Positions 38,531 through 52,708 are shown, counted from the whole stretch's first letter. The stretch: DNA of 63,894 nucleotides, filler included, from Octopus bimaculoides (GCF_001194135.2; 4 parts of 4 records of this genome joined end to end with filler, not necessarily neighbours in it); one strand, 5' to 3'. Program-made: numbers and translations. The notes: a model not told the origin generated them from the letters alone.

Positions 38531-38660
38531 ATACTTTTGCATCGTTCTATTCAACAAAGCCTGTCAAACACACGCACGAACACTTTCACTATACCTCCTT
38601 CCTTAGCTCTTTCGCGCTCTCGCTCTCTCCCACTCTCTCTCTCCCTCCTTCTCTCCCTCC

Positions 38661-38701
<41 letters not shown>

Positions 38702-38804
38702 CACACACACACACACACATACACACATACACACTACATTTAAATTGACATACTCGTGCACCTGTTTAACGAATGCTTATATTCTAAATGTCGTATCTGC
38801 TCCT

Positions 38805-38852
<48 letters not shown>

Positions 38853-39609
38853 TTGTGTGTGTGTAAGTGCTCGCGTGTGCGTGCTCCTGTGGGAATTATC
38901 TCATACTCTATTTAAAAGATAAAATGAAAGAAAAGAAGTTTGTTTTCTTTTTAAAAGATTTCATCTCTGAAGTCCTTCGGTGTTTTATAAATAATAATAA
39001 TAACAACAACAACAACAACTGCAACAACAACAGTCGAATTACCAACAACAAATTCATTGGGCCTGAAGATCAGATGCGCGGTATTTTATCAATTTCAATA
39101 TCCGAAACAAACAACAGGCATCACGTAGCATAAGGATTGCAATATATGACAACTGATAACCATCCGTAACATACATTGCTTAAAAGCAGATGTCAGCCAG
39201 CAATACATAATAGGGCGAGAAGAAAGAGCTACAAAGAGACTTCAAAGATGGAAATGTACTTTAAGATTACAATATGTTGAACCAGATAATAATCAATAGG
39301 GTTTAAAAGGGTTCGTGAGAATAGCAAAAGCTGTACGTAAATGAGGTAGCTCACCCGTCATATTTGACGATGGTCTAAGCAGATGCTAGACTAGCGCAAA
39401 TTTATATATATAGAGGGAGAGAGGGAGCGGGAAAGAGCTGCGAACACATATGCATATCAAACTCACTATCTTGTTCTTACACAACAAGCCCTGTGGTAAG
39501 ATAATGTCAAGACAACTGAGCATGTACGAGAATGCTTAATGCACTGATTTTGCTTTTACTTTCATTAGATTTCCTTCACTGTTTGTAGACCAACTACTGG
39601 TCTCAGAAT

Positions 39610-39760
39610 TTCATATAAAAATTTCATTTACAGCTGAGAAGATGAGAACATGAAGTGCCTTGCTCAAGAACACAAGACATTTTCCGGTCCAGGAATTCAT
39701 GATCATACGAACAGGAGTCAAATATGCACCTTTGCAATCGATGTACTTAAGACCGGGCAG
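39610..39760 (-). mobile_element. SINE family C head and core, diverged
   Basis: gaagtgccttgctcaagaacacaa..ggtccaggaatt matches the 17115-17160 region. Confidence 0.55.
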
Positions 39761-40635
39761 TTGAAGCAACTGGCAATAACATTTTCTCAGAATGCGTGGT
39801 TTTTTGATCATGCTAGTTTTCAATATACCTTTGTAGCCAATAAAGAAACGATTATTAGTGATACCAACTAGGTCTCGTTTGTTTCACTCGCTCTATTCTC
39901 ACTTCCATATTACTGTATCAAGCGCTTTCGCTTTCTCCTCTCTCTCCCTTTTTCACTCTCTTTCTCACCCTCTATTTTTCTGTGTTTGTGTGTGTGTGTG
40001 TGTGTGAATATACAGATATATATATANNNNNNNNNNNNNNNNNNNNNNNNNNNNNNNNNNNNNNNNNNNNTTAATTAATTAANNNNNNNNNNNNNNNNNN
40101 NNNNNNNNNNNNNNNNNNNNNNNNNNGAATCAATCTGGTATAAAAATAGATTGTAACTCGTATCGAGGTCCATTATGGTGCAGAAAAATAACGGCGGTGC
40201 AGTGCTATAAATGGTAACCTGCTGGGTTTTCAATATTATTTCCACCTTTCTAATTTCACCTTATCCTCCACCACCACCACTTTTTCCCAGGTTTCTATCT
40301 AACCTCATCACTAACTACCCCGAGCAAGGTTTCCTTACATTGGGATAGATACATCAATAGGTTCCCAATTTCGATATGCACGCACTCTGCCACGCTTATC
40401 AGTCCTCTTCCGCCATGTGCACTCTTCATTTATAGGCGATCAGTGACTGCATGTAGATGATGAGTTCCATGCATTGTTATGAGCTTTCTTGTATTCCTAC
40501 TCCTTTAGCTCATCTTCTGTCCACCTCAGAATTCCAGCGCCATACCAAACCATTACGACTGCGCGGGAGTTTATTTCCACGAAGCCGAAAAACATTAAGG
40601 AGATGAACTCTTCTCTTTCTTCTCTTCTTTCCAAC

Positions 40636-41830
40636 ATGGCGATCTAAAGAGGGAGTGTCATAAATGCACGTGGCCTGGCGTCACCCTGGATGCAGGGTCG
40701 TCTGCTTGATAACTTCAGGTCACTAAGTTTGAATGTAATACCTGTCAGGAAGACCAGGATTTCCGACACGCGCGTCTTAGCACCAATTTTAGCCAATTTT
40801 GAGATTTCGCATCCATTACTTCACCCAGACTAAGGAAAGGATAGTGATGTTGTTCCGGAAACGCTTTGAGCTGGACCCGGACGGTAAGTTGGTATTCTTA
40901 GTCGCTTAGTGCTCCCTGATTTATTTCCAGGTGCATTTCTTTAAGTGTTTGGAGGTTTTCTTTGGAACACTCTGCTTTTTAGTACTAGTGGTCGACTGAA
41001 ACACTATCTTGCATGCACATCTGGGTTGTGTGGGACTAGCCGATGAGAGACAGGGTAAAAAAAACCTCGTAAACTTACACACTTGTTTCCTAGTGGCTAA
41101 AAAGTACCGCGTGGATTTCCCTAATGCACCAATGTAGCCATGGGCAAACAACATTCGGTTATGCAGATCGTAACTTGATAGAATATTCTGTAGACCAGTA
41201 GACATGGTAGCATATGTTGTCCAATATTCAATGTCCCACAAATTTGTGATCAGTACAGTAGGACTAGGTATGCTGCATAGATAGGGAGGCGGTTATTGGA
41301 TACTGGACACATCTTTCCCGGCGCGCCAAGTTTACAGGGACCAGATTAGAGAACTAGTAAAGAGGGAATTGATGGAGGCAGTCATCAAAAATTGATGGTG
41401 GTTAACTCCGAAAAGAACTATTAGACTAGAATCGATATGATTTAGAAAGGAAATGTTGATAGATAATTCTAAAGTAGAGAGTGAACTAGTTAGTAGCCTT
41501 GAAGAGACACTTAGCAAAAGCTTTGCGACTGACGTGCTGGGAGCGAGGTTGACCTTGCACCGATTCTTCAACGCCAAGCAGGAAGACTGCGTTGTCAGAG
41601 CTAGCGAGCATGCTCTAAAGCATGAAGGAGCAAAAGCTGTTCGATGGCCCGGGCGGCGGAGACGCATCAATTCGAACTTTTGTGGATTGACAAAAGTGCG
41701 TGCTACTCGATACTAAGTAGATGTATGCGGTTTTCAGCAGCACTTTACTTAGGTGTTTGGATTGGTCCCACGTCTACCAATATCACTAGTTTTCTGGGAT
41801 TCTACTGTTTTACTAGAGTTAATAAATTAT
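40636..41830 (+). mobile_element. Decayed Tx1/L1-clade ORF2 (AP endonuclease plus downstream region)
   Basis: INARGL, VRKTRIS, DPDGKLV, D*NTILHAH, YRVDFPNAPM*PWAN, S*LDRIF, then EDCVVRASEHALKHEG (cf. the Tx1 GA.VRSR..W..EGEK motif). Confidence 0.7.
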
Positions 41831-41879
41831 TCGAGTGGCCATGATATAGTCTCTATCATACACAAAAGAGCACAAATTT

Positions 41880-42085
41880 AGGAGAAGAGTTTAATTGATT
41901 AAATCGCCTGGTTTCTGGACTCAGAAGAACGAAAGAAAAGGTTGACTTTGGAAGGATTTGAACTCAGAACGGAAAGAGCTGTTATAAGTATCGCAAGGTA
42001 TTTTTATCCGAAGCGCTAACGAATCTGCAAATCCACTGCCCTGAAATTTGTAATTAGGATTTCTAATATAGGCAAATGCTGAACA
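41880..42085 (-). mobile_element. SINE family A, diverged
   Basis: gaatttgaactcagaac-like B box and body in reverse. Confidence 0.65.
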
Positions 42086-42439
42086 TTTTAAAGGATGGAA
42101 ACTCTCCATTATATCGACCCAATCAGTCAATTAGTATTGATTATATCATTCCTTATAGGATGAAAGATAAGTTTGACACCGTTGGGATTTAACTAAACAG
42201 TTTAAGGTATTTGGTTCAACTCTCTACTGACTTTGCCATCCACTGCCTTTCGAATTAATCAATAATTTTAACACTATCGATAATTTCAATCAACAATTCA
42301 ACGATAGATTGATTAGCTGACGCTGTGTTATTTTTATTTAACATTACATATCTTCACGTATCTAAATGAATTGTTTTTTAATCTCAATTCAATTTTGATT
42401 GAGCAATCACAAGATGAAAGCATTATAGTCACGCCCATC

Positions 42440-42540
42440 CATTCGTCTTAAGGAATATCTGGGACTACATCATGTAATGTATCCTTCCTTGTTTTGATGG
42501 CAGAGATTTAATTCGAGCAAAGTTCGTCGGCTATTTCATT
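42440..42540 (-). mobile_element. Dispersed repeat family D fragment
   Basis: gggactacatcatgtaatgtatccttcc is the reverse of the 50920-50960 and 54590-54620 motif. Confidence 0.4.
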
Positions 42541-42863
42541 ATTTTAATATTTCCGTTCAATTTGTTGGCAGTTTTTAATGTGGAGTTCAAATCCTTCCAA
42601 AGTCAACAATTTCGACTGAGATTCATGATAATTAATTTCTTACTGCTTTCATTCTAGTACTAAACAGTTAACTATCACTTCTTGTTTCATTCTTTAGTCG
42701 ACCTTGGTCTGACTTTCAATCCATTCATGAACGAGATGTATTTTTAAACACTTAGCCTTCTCTTTTGTATTTACACACAATGTCACTGAGTTGACTTCTG
42801 AAATTTTGAACAATTTTATAGTATTTCATACTCTGTTCTGGATAAAATCATCAGCAATGATGA

Positions 42864-43047
<184 letters not shown>

Positions 43048-44344
43048 CGTCTTTTAACAATATTTACATTGTATGAAAACACTCGGGTTTCATCTCTGAT
43101 TCCCGTTCTCCACAGAAAAAGATCAGAGGAATATTTTCAGATTTCCAGAATATAAACATTACTTTAAAGATCAATGAACTAACAACTAGTAGCAAATTTA
43201 CTACAACTAATTTACTACTACTACTANNNNNNNNNNNNNNNNNNNNNNNNNNNNNNNNNNNNNNNNNNNNNNNNNNNNNNNNNNNNNNNNNNNNNNNNNN
43301 NNNNNNNNNNNNNNNNNNNNNNNNNNNNNNNNNNNNNNNNNNNNNNNNNNNNNNNNNNNNNNNNNNNNNNCTGTAATGAAAACATCATTTTTTTGGAAAA
43401 CATACAACGTCAAACGTATATTTCTGAAAGGGCTATAAAAAAGTGAAGCGTTCGTTATAACAGTAAATGATGTGTTTTTTTAACATCGTCTGTATTTTTA
43501 TTATGTTTTAAAAAACTTTCTGTTTAGCTCATCAACACAGGTGCTTCTTCGATTTTTACTTATTACTTAGCACATAGTGTCCTCCTTGCTGTTAGTCGTG
43601 TATTTACAGCTAAATAAACATACTGAGAAAATAAGAAAACAGACTCCCGCCAGTTTCAGTTCTTTTGCATGGAAGAGATCAGTATATTGGTATTGGATGG
43701 AGAAATGATATTACATGAAATGGAGGGGACCAACATTGGTTATAGTATTTATAAGTGTTTATAGAATATATTTTGAATTTTAGAGAAAAGCAATCGAAAA
43801 ACAATTATCATTACTATGATTACAATGAAAGCAACAATTAATGATAATAAACAAAAAGTATATGTAATACAGGAAAAAGAATTTACAATGAATATTTATA
43901 ATAAATAAATGATTCTAACGTTGATGTTATTCCTGAACTGCAATTCTAGGATTCTTTTCACGTTAGGCTCTGCCACGTTCCCAGCAAATACAACCTTTAA
44001 GTGTATTAGTAGAATTGTATAATGGTTTGCATGGAGCAGCGATAAGACAGTAGATATATGATTGATAAGATAGGGTTACATTTTGAAAAGAAAAATGCAA
44101 TTTTGTTTTTCATAATAGGTGTCTCTCTTGTTTAGATTTTTGGTCACTGATTCCAAATCCGCTCTCGGATTTTGTGTATCACATCTAGATTTTTCTGGAT
44201 ACGAATTTTCAAACTTTAACAGAATATTGCATGTAACATATTTGTTGGGCAGAAGTTTCGGTCACATGATGTCACATTATTTTAATGATTTTATGAGAAG
44301 CGCTAATATTTTTTCACCTATATTTAGGTGATACATTAGTTTAT

Positions 44345-44500
44345 CTTTATCTTTTATCATTTACCCGTTTCAGTCATTAGCCTTGAATTTTTAGTCGAAT
44401 GAATTGACCCCAGTACTTACTTTTTAAGCCTAACACTTGTCCAAGGTGCCACGCAGTGGGCCTGAATCCGGAACCATGTGGTTGGGAAGCATGCTTCTTA
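44345..44500 (-). mobile_element. SINE family B with an internal deletion joining head to tail
   Basis: gaccccagtacttac (tail) is directly followed by caaggtgccacgcagtgg..ccggaaccatgtggttgggaagc (head). Confidence 0.75.
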
Positions 44501-45450
44501 CCAGATAGCCATGTTTATGATATATTTCGTAAAAGTTATAAAATATTGGTATATTTTGTCACACAACTAGAATGGTCTTGCACTATGCAGCTACAAAAAC
44601 GGTTCATCTATCAAACATTACTGAAATTGCATGTAACAGTTAGCAAGCAGTAATTTAGCTTTGGAAAAAACATCAAAACAGCCAACAAAATTCAGTCTAT
44701 TTCGTTTTAATTCAATGAATGAGGATATAGAGTAAAAACCAAATTGGTTCAAAACGGCGAAAGTTGTGATAGTGAAGGTTTGTGACATTCACTTTCAATA
44801 CATTTGGCACGTTTTTGAAGATTTTCTATGTTTATGCACGCGTTCTTTAAATTTCTGCCTCATATCCCATCTGTCTCAAATTTTATTTTATGATATGGAA
44901 ATTGCATATATGTGTATGCTGCCTGTTGTTTCATGTACGATTTCTTTTTGCTGGTGTGATACTAAAGTGTTATAAGGTCAACACTAGAGTACTGCCATCA
45001 CCTGATTGTTTTTATGTACATTCGTGGAAGTCTAATAATGTTCCATATGAATATAGTCAGCTTTCATTTCATTTGCCACTGTTGCCAATATGGGAAGACT
45101 GTAAATACTGTATATAAACTTATAATACATTTTTCAAGTGCCTAGGCTAATTTAAGAACTCACATAGACAAGGTAGCAAATTCACAGTCAAGATTTGGTA
45201 TTTTCAGCAAGATTTATAACCTCATAGAAGCCAATTCAATACAAAAACTAAAAGTACTCGCATTTGCCTACCACCGTGTGAAATTTTAAGTTGATACCAA
45301 ATTCCAATCAAGTTAGTGTTGATGGTGATGGAAGCAATATGATCCCCTCTTTGTGGAAGAGTGTAGCAATAGTCTGTGGGTAATAAGGTTAAGGAAGTAG
45401 CTTTCTTTTCTCATATTCTCCAACATGATATCCATTTTGTTCTTTAATTA

Positions 45451-45770
45451 GGCACCAAGAATAATAGTTGTTAGGGTTTTCGGCTGACAATCGTAAGATC
45501 GTGAGTTAGATACCCAGCGGTGCGTTGTGTCCTTGAATAAGACACTTTATTTCACGTTGCTCCAGTCCACTCCACTTGCAAAAGTGAATAGTATCGGTAT
45601 TTCAAACGACCAGCCTTTCATATTCTGTGTCACGCTGAATCTCCCGAGAACTACGTTAAGTGCATGCGTGTCTGTGGAGTGCTCAGCCACTTGCATGTTA
45701 ATTTCACGAGCGGGCTGTTCCATTGGTCAGATCAACTGGAACCCTCGTCGTCGTAACCGACAGAGTGCAA
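45451..45770 (+). mobile_element. SINE family C2, near full length
   Basis: tRNA-like head, ttgtgtccttgaataagacactttatttcacgttgctccagtccac core, and a tail shared with 1172-1300. Confidence 0.85.
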
Positions 45771-47519
45771 GAGGTAAGTATAACTTGCCATCATATTGTA
45801 CACTAAAAATCCTAGTATCTTTTTTCAACAGTTTTAGGGAAAACCCTACCCTTGACCTTCATGAACAGCCTCTAAATTGACAGGGTAACCGTCGAGATGG
45901 ATGTGGAAGAAGTTCACTTTAATACTCATATTACATACCAGCTTCCTTCTGGAAGGAGAAAAAGTAACTTATTTCCTAGATCCTCATAGTTTTCGGGTTT
46001 GTTGTTGCCTCAAAAATTTCCCACAATTCCTGTGAGTGCTACCCAGGTATTTCTCTCAACAAGGTTAAGAAAACTCATAACTTATCTTCCATTAATAATG
46101 TGGACTTATGACTAAGTAATGAACGGCAGCTGTATGAGAATACTCTAGAGTTAATTAATACTGTGGATGCATCATTAGCTAATTAACTGAAGCTGTATAA
46201 AGACACCATAGAGTTAAGAAATATTGTGAATCCATCACTAGGTAGTTATATGAAAGTATAAAAATGCCTTGTTTTATGTAACTGAATTATACGTTAAAGT
46301 GCATTCCAGAAGAATGTAAATCTCTTGAATCAAAACATTTTATTATTTCTTATTTTTTTATTTTTCCACTGCGTTTTTTTCTGTTTTGTTTAATAAATTG
46401 TAAATCTGGTAATGTTATGTGAAAGTTACATCCGCACCTCTAATATTCAGGTTACACTTTTAATCGCCAATATTTAATTACTGTTCAGACAAGATTTAAA
46501 TACAAAATAATTTTTAAAAGAAGTATTATTTAAAGATAGAGGTGTTCTAAATGAAAGATTAAGCATATTTGGCAATCTTGTTGTTATATGAAGTAAATAT
46601 AACCGCAAGTTTTTTGCTATGTGACATTCGAGTGATAAACGTTTGACATTATTAAAAAAATAACGAGATAACGTTTACACTGTCGTCAATTTCACACATT
46701 TCCAACCATACTGTAATGAGAATTACCCTCTTTTGATTTTTTTTTAAATGGTTGATGATAACATTTGAAATGTTCATGTACTTTATCGCTGGAACAAATG
46801 CGTTATTTCATATTATCTCATGACTTTTCAAATACTGCACATCATTTTTATTATTTAAAAATAGGTTATCATTGTTAATAAATTTATTTTTATGAATATA
46901 CAGTTCGCGTAAATCCTCTTTTGATTTCAATGAATTCTGAGATTACATTTTTTATCGTATGTATAATTGGGAATCGATGAGGGCTCTCTCAGTTCGTGAA
47001 GAAGTCGACAGATTCGAAAGCTCATGAATTTCAGTTTTAGGTAATGTAATAGTAACACTCTTCTAGTTCAGATACTTTCGTTCTTTTGTAATATTGACGT
47101 CATTGTGACAGCTGACTTCCACAACGGACTAATTTTTATTATTGTTTTGTGAAGCCAGATTATGCTATCAAACCGTTTTGTTATGTATATATTTATATGT
47201 CTCATCTTTTATTTATTCTTCTTTAAGTTCCGACAATGAAGAACCAGCTGGTTCCTAACTAAAACAGAGAACTTCTTCATTGAATGGAAACAAATGTGTC
47301 AAATCAAAATCTAAACATTAGAAAATACTTAACAATATTTTCTACTGAGTAAACTTACCAAATATTGTTTAAACAATTTCATAAACAAATCCAGCAAGGT
47401 TTACAATGACGTATTTGAATCTAGATTTAGAATTGATACATTCCAAAGCAATTATTCTTGTCAATATTCACTGGGTGTTAAAATTAGATATTAACATCAC
47501 CAAAATAGTTCAGTTCTGA

Positions 47520-47680
47520 CCTAGAGCTAAGCAACACCAACCTTAGGCAAAAACACTTTCATTTTGACTGGCCCCCTTTGTTCAACACAATTCCACAAGG
47601 CATCAGAGAACAAAAGCTATTTTCAAGTTCTGTCTGGAAAGATTTCTACAAATAATACTTGACAATGTTCTAACAGGAAT
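47520..47680 (+). mobile_element. CR1/L2-type ORF2 C-terminal remnant
   Basis: Frameshifted: (T)GPL.FNTIPQGIRE..FKFCLERFLQII.D (cf. P.LFNSLP..IR...FK..LD.FL..IPD). Confidence 0.45.
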
Positions 47681-48679
47681 TCTTTGTTTGGATTCTGTAG
47701 ACATTCACGTTAAATACCCATTAAACAGGCATCGATATTGAATTAGATAGCCTGGCCCGCTACGGGGTTATCAAGGTTTGTGTACTTCTAATTATTTTAA
47801 TACAGACATTTACATGGATCTACACAAATTCGGGGATTAACAGGGCAATTTAGAGATCTTTTAAACGTCCAACGTAACATTGAACCAATTCATTCTGCGA
47901 CACATTATTTCAATTCCTCTGAATTTAGCCGCCATCACTTCCCTGTCTGTAGTGCTATTCTACATGATGGGTCAATTGCCTTCAAGAATCACCACCAACA
48001 CCAATGATTCGCTTCCCACCCACTATCTTCATAATATGAATAACCGGTTGTGTTTCGTGTTATAACAATGGCTCTACACCTCTATTATGCTACATACACC
48101 AACACACACACATACACACGCGCGCGCGTATACACACTGTTACATCTCATCACACCACTACACAGCAAAACGCATTACACGCATGCATTTATACTAATTT
48201 GTTCTATTTTGGGTGGGGGGTCTCCTATATTTCCTCTCTCGAGAATCACAGTCCAAAACTCCTCAATTTCTTTCTTACACTATAAAATGAATTATTCTGT
48301 ATGCATGTTAGGTATTTTTGTCTTGTTGTTTTTGTTTTTGTTCGTGAAATCTGATTGGATAAACTTAAGGGTGATAGAGAGCATGATTCTTCCTGTGTAT
48401 ACAGAAACTGGATGAGGTCGCATAAGTGATCCACCATTAGACAGGCATTAGGCATGCTCGCTTTTTAAATGCATAATCCAAAAATCGTTTGAGTGAAGGC
48501 TAAATATATATTTTATAGAGAATTAAATGTGCCCTTTGTCCTGCAATGTGTTACGTAATTTTTTTCAACCTGAATAAAGAATATTTGGTCACTCTGTCTT
48601 TGTTGAAAGTATTATAGCACGTTTTCAATCATCGCTGTATCTATAGAATTCATTGACTGGAATAGGGAAAACAGAAATC

Positions 48680-49260
48680 CTTTGATGTGGATGTTTTCTG
48701 CTTTTAGAAAGCTATTTTCCATATTCTATCATAAGGTGAATAATTTTTCTTGGCCAAATTCCATCTTTGTATCAATTACAAAGTTAGTTATTAAGTCCAG
48801 CTGTGTACCGAGCTGTTGATATTCCCAGTACAGATTTTGGTTTATAAAAGGAATAACTGAAAGTGCCAAAATAAATAGAGGATCAGAGATAGACCATCTT
48901 CTTTGACTGTTTGTTTTTGGGAGATCAGAAACAATCGTTGTAATTTCATTTTCAAGTGTAATGAAGGCTGAGATGGTCTATGAGAACTTCCATTCAATAG
49001 TAGCAATCAGGCCAACAAGTACTTTAAACATTTTTAGTGATTCCAGCAGCAAGGATGGAGAATCAGAATCTATTAATGAGAAAACTATCACTGCATGTTT
49101 TAAAAGGCACATTGTATTGCTACCTAAATCAATTTAAAATAATTAAGCATGCCAGTACTTCCATCTTTCTACCTATAATGCATTGGTTTTCATTCTTATA
49201 TAACTTAGCACCTCCTTTCCCCGTTTTACAAATGAACCCATCTAATGTTAGTCAAAAAAT
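48680..49260 (-). mobile_element. Very old Dong/R4-like RT remnant
   Basis: SISDPLFILALSVIP (cf. DSLSPLWF.LALNPL) followed by MEFGQEK (cf. MEFGLDKC). Confidence 0.4.
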
Positions 49261-50869
49261 ACAAAAGCAGATTATTTTATTCAAATAAGAGTTAATTTTG
49301 TGCGGTGCTTTATCATCCCATCCGATATTTGCCTACTATTAGATATTTGCATGGACTAGTGCCTCCTATGTCAAATTTGTTATAATGAAAATACTTTTGC
49401 TTTTTACTAATGTAGTTATTGTAAATGGTTTAAATATTTTATTTCTAAGAAAAAAATACGATCCTCTAAACACTCAGCCCCCACCCTCGTAACGACCCTG
49501 ACATATGCCCCCACTTGTAAACTCACTATGCTTCCAAGGTTGTTCTACCCAAGGTAAGTGCCAATGCCCACTTTGCTAAATGAGGAATTCTCTTAAATTA
49601 GTTTAAATCTGCCATACCGAGTTTAGTACATTATATTAGATAAAAAAAATAAATAGACTTGTCAATATTTACACTTCCATTTATTGGTGAGATGGAGGCA
49701 TTTTTGTTTTTATTCAAAAATCGTATTCTTCCCTATTGGACTGCCTTTATTTTCCACCAGATGATCGTTAGGTCTGTGTGTGTTTCACATAAAAGGCAAG
49801 GTGATACATTGGGCTTTTGTGCCACTGGATGATAGCACTTATTGTTAAGACAATTAGATATGGAATTTTATTATTTAGGAATATGGAATCGTTATCTTTG
49901 AAACTAAAACGAATTACATTGAAAAACTGAAAAAGTTTACAACAAATAGCAGAGAACGTAATAAGATCAATTTATACATCTCCCAGTACACTCCTTCTCA
50001 CTTGTGAGGCACCACTTGTAAACTCAACCAAAACCCCAAATCATCATTAGAAATATTGGTAAAGATGATATTCAATAGAGTTAACAAATTGCTAACAAAA
50101 ATAGGAAAGTTAATTCTTGGGTACAAATCAGCCTTCTCAGTTAATACTAAACAAGTAACGTAGATTCCACTCCGGCTAAGTGTCTGCTACATATCAAGAT
50201 CTCATAATTGAGGAACTAATTTTGAACTCAGTTCTTTAAACGAAACTCCCCACTATTTGGTATTAGGCTTGACCAAATTATCGCCCTATTAAATGTTACT
50301 CTTCGACGCCGAGTCAATTTTAAAATGATAAATTGGGAAATATTTGAATCTAAAGCACAAGACAATGACAAACTTGTAGAGCTAGGTTACCAAATATGGA
50401 TTTACAACGGAAATCTCTGAGTTTTATAAAAACAACTATATTAACTAATGTTGGAGATTAATTCGTTTTCTAAGAATAAATCCTGAGGAATACCGTGTGA
50501 ATTACCTCTCAATTTAGCGTCAATCCTGGAAATCTGTAATAGAGTCTAAAACTATGCATAAAAATTGTGTATGCGAAGATCTTGAAACTGATAACAATAA
50601 TCTAAAAATAGAAAATCAATAGGTTTTAAGAAAATCTTCACGGAAGCGCTAAACTATTTTGGATCTGCAAAAATGTGACTATTCAAATTCTTTAACAGCT
50701 GTCTTGAATTGTGAAGGAAACACAACAGTCTGTTATCTAAAACTACACTAATGTCCATTAAAAGCAATGAACTTTCGACAGATTTCTCGTCTTTGTTACA
50801 CTTAGAAGCATATCTATGTCACACAGTGAAGGAGCCATTATGTAGCCACAGCGAAGGAGCCACTTGCTT

Positions 50870-51041
50870 TGAATAATAAACAAATTCTTCTTAAATCACA
50901 GCTTGACACTTTAAAGATGGAAGGACAGAGACACTGAAGTGTAAAGATCCCTTTAAAAAGACAGGATGATGATGGCTGGAATACTTTTGATTATAGGTTT
51001 GCTTTAACAGATTGACTTAGGGCTGGTCATAATCATCATCG

Positions 51042-51092
<51 letters not shown>

Positions 51093-51120
51093 ACAACAAC
51101 AACAACAACAGCAACAACAA
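50870..51120 (+). mobile_element. Dispersed repeat family D ending in (CAT)n(CAA)n
   Basis: aaatcacagc..aaagacaggatgatgatggctggaatacttttgattatagg; related to 54545-54720. Confidence 0.5.
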
Positions 51121-51391
51121 CAACAACACCAGCGGTAACAGCAGCAACAATGAACTGGATTGCATGCTAAAGATTCGATTACAATCCAACTGTTTAATCT
51201 CACCCAAGATGTAGTGGATGGTTTTGAACGGAATAAAAAAGGAGCAGATTTTTTTCTTTTGTTGATGTTGCTCATTTCCCTGGGCCTTAACTTATGCTTA
51301 ATCACCACTTATTGTTAAATAGATATAGTATCTAACAAATGACATAGATCTCACATGGCTCATTGGTACTATGGTAGCAAGTAGACACTTC

Positions 51392-52212
51392 GGATCTTTC
51401 TGAATTGACGGGCAACACTTTTCATTTATGTTTTATGTACTGTTTTTGGTACCGAAACACTTTCAAACTTCATATACTTGTAGATTTTGTGTTATAGAAC
51501 AGATAGAAATTTTTGTATTCGAAGTTATTTCATGTAAAAAATTATCGTATTTCGGTAATTTCAACCAATCACTGACGTCTATTGAAGTGAAAACAATTAC
51601 TGCCGTGGAATGTGAACAACATGTTCTAACGGTGTCATGGGATCTTTTCCCTTGAATAAAATTAGTGCCGTAGTTTGTCAACAACAACTATCCGTGGTAC
51701 TGTTATTTATGACATCGTTCGTGCGTTTGTACTGGTTTTAGCTTTAGGGTTTTAGGGTTAGCGTTCCGGTTTTAGAGTTAGGGTTAGTTTTAGGGTTACG
51801 GTTAGGGTTATGATTATTTTTGCCATAACCTCACTCATAGTCCTAACCCTAACCCTAAAATCCTATAACTCATAACCATAACCCTAGCCCTAACCCCAAT
51901 CCTAACCCTAAAACCCGAACCCTAACCCTAAAACCCTAAACCCTTACTAGGGAATAATGATATAATCAAACAGGGAATAACACTCTTGAAACCGGTAAAA
52001 ATTATTGTTTACAAAAACAGCAGTAACTGTATTCAGCTGAATAGACGTCAGTGATTGGTTGAAATTACAGAAATATGACAACTTTAACATGAAATAACTT
52101 ATTAAGAAGGCTAAGAGAAATGAATGTTTTATATGGCACATTCTACCAGTATCCCAAGTTTGAAAGTGTTTCGTTAAGAAAACAAGTGGTGCCCGTCAAA
52201 TCAGAAAGATCC
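51392..52212. mobile_element. Non-autonomous TIR DNA transposon, copy 2 (inverted relative to copy 1), with an internal telomere-like core
   Basis: TIRs ggatctttctgaattgacgggcaacactt / aagtggtgcccgtcaaatcagaaagatcc. 8-bp TSD GACACTTC at 51384-51391 and 52213-52220. Subterminal sequence is shared with 29472-30459. Confidence 0.92.
51737..51944. repeat. Degenerate interstitial telomeric repeats: (TTAGGG)n then (CCCTAA)n
   Basis: G-rich arm about 51737-51812, C-rich arm about 51824-51944. Confidence 0.85.
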
Positions 52213-52494
52213 GACACTTCTTTTTGAAGTTCAATACTAAGAACCGCACACGAAAAGGTCTGCCCCAGCTCAGTGTACTGATTCCATTGCTATATAAAGA
52301 TCCATACAAATAATCAACCGAAAGATTATAATGACAAATATTTGTACACAGCGTGCCAAAAGGGGAATTTCAATGACGTCGTAACATAGCTGTGTGTTGC
52401 CTTGAGCAGTCTTAGTTATTACTACAAAAAGATAATAATATAAATGCAGATACCGAGAAAAGACTCTATGTTTCTTTCAGTAATTTCTTTCTCT

Positions 52495-52708
52495 AAGGCG
52501 GCGAGCCGGAAGAAACGTTAGCACGCCGGGAAAAATGCTTAGCGGTATTTCGTCTGTTTTTACGTTCTGAGTTCAAATTCCACCGAGGTCGACTCTGCCT
52601 TTCATCCTTCCAGGATCGATAAATTAAGTATCAGTTGCATACTGGGATCGATTTAATCGACTGGCCCCCTCCCCCAAAATTTCGGGCCTTGTGCCTAGAG
52701 TAGAAAAG
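52495..52708 (+). mobile_element. Full-length SINE family A with 14-bp TSD (13/14 match)
   Basis: taatttctttctct (52481-52494) and tactttctttctct (52709-52722). Confidence 0.92.

Noticed and set aside
44890-45117. 75-aa ORF with a hydrophobic N-terminus and LKCY (Ly6/toxin-like look)
   Set aside because: The cysteine spacing does not fit a three-finger fold, there is no convincing splice structure, and an overlapping frame is equally open.
49478-49553. Strong donor AAG|gtaagt with a short open frame
   Set aside because: Poor acceptor and no supporting neighbouring exon.
51737-51944. A true ancestral chromosome-fusion site
   Set aside because: The arrays lie inside a TIR element with an intact 8-bp TSD, so they arrived by transposition.
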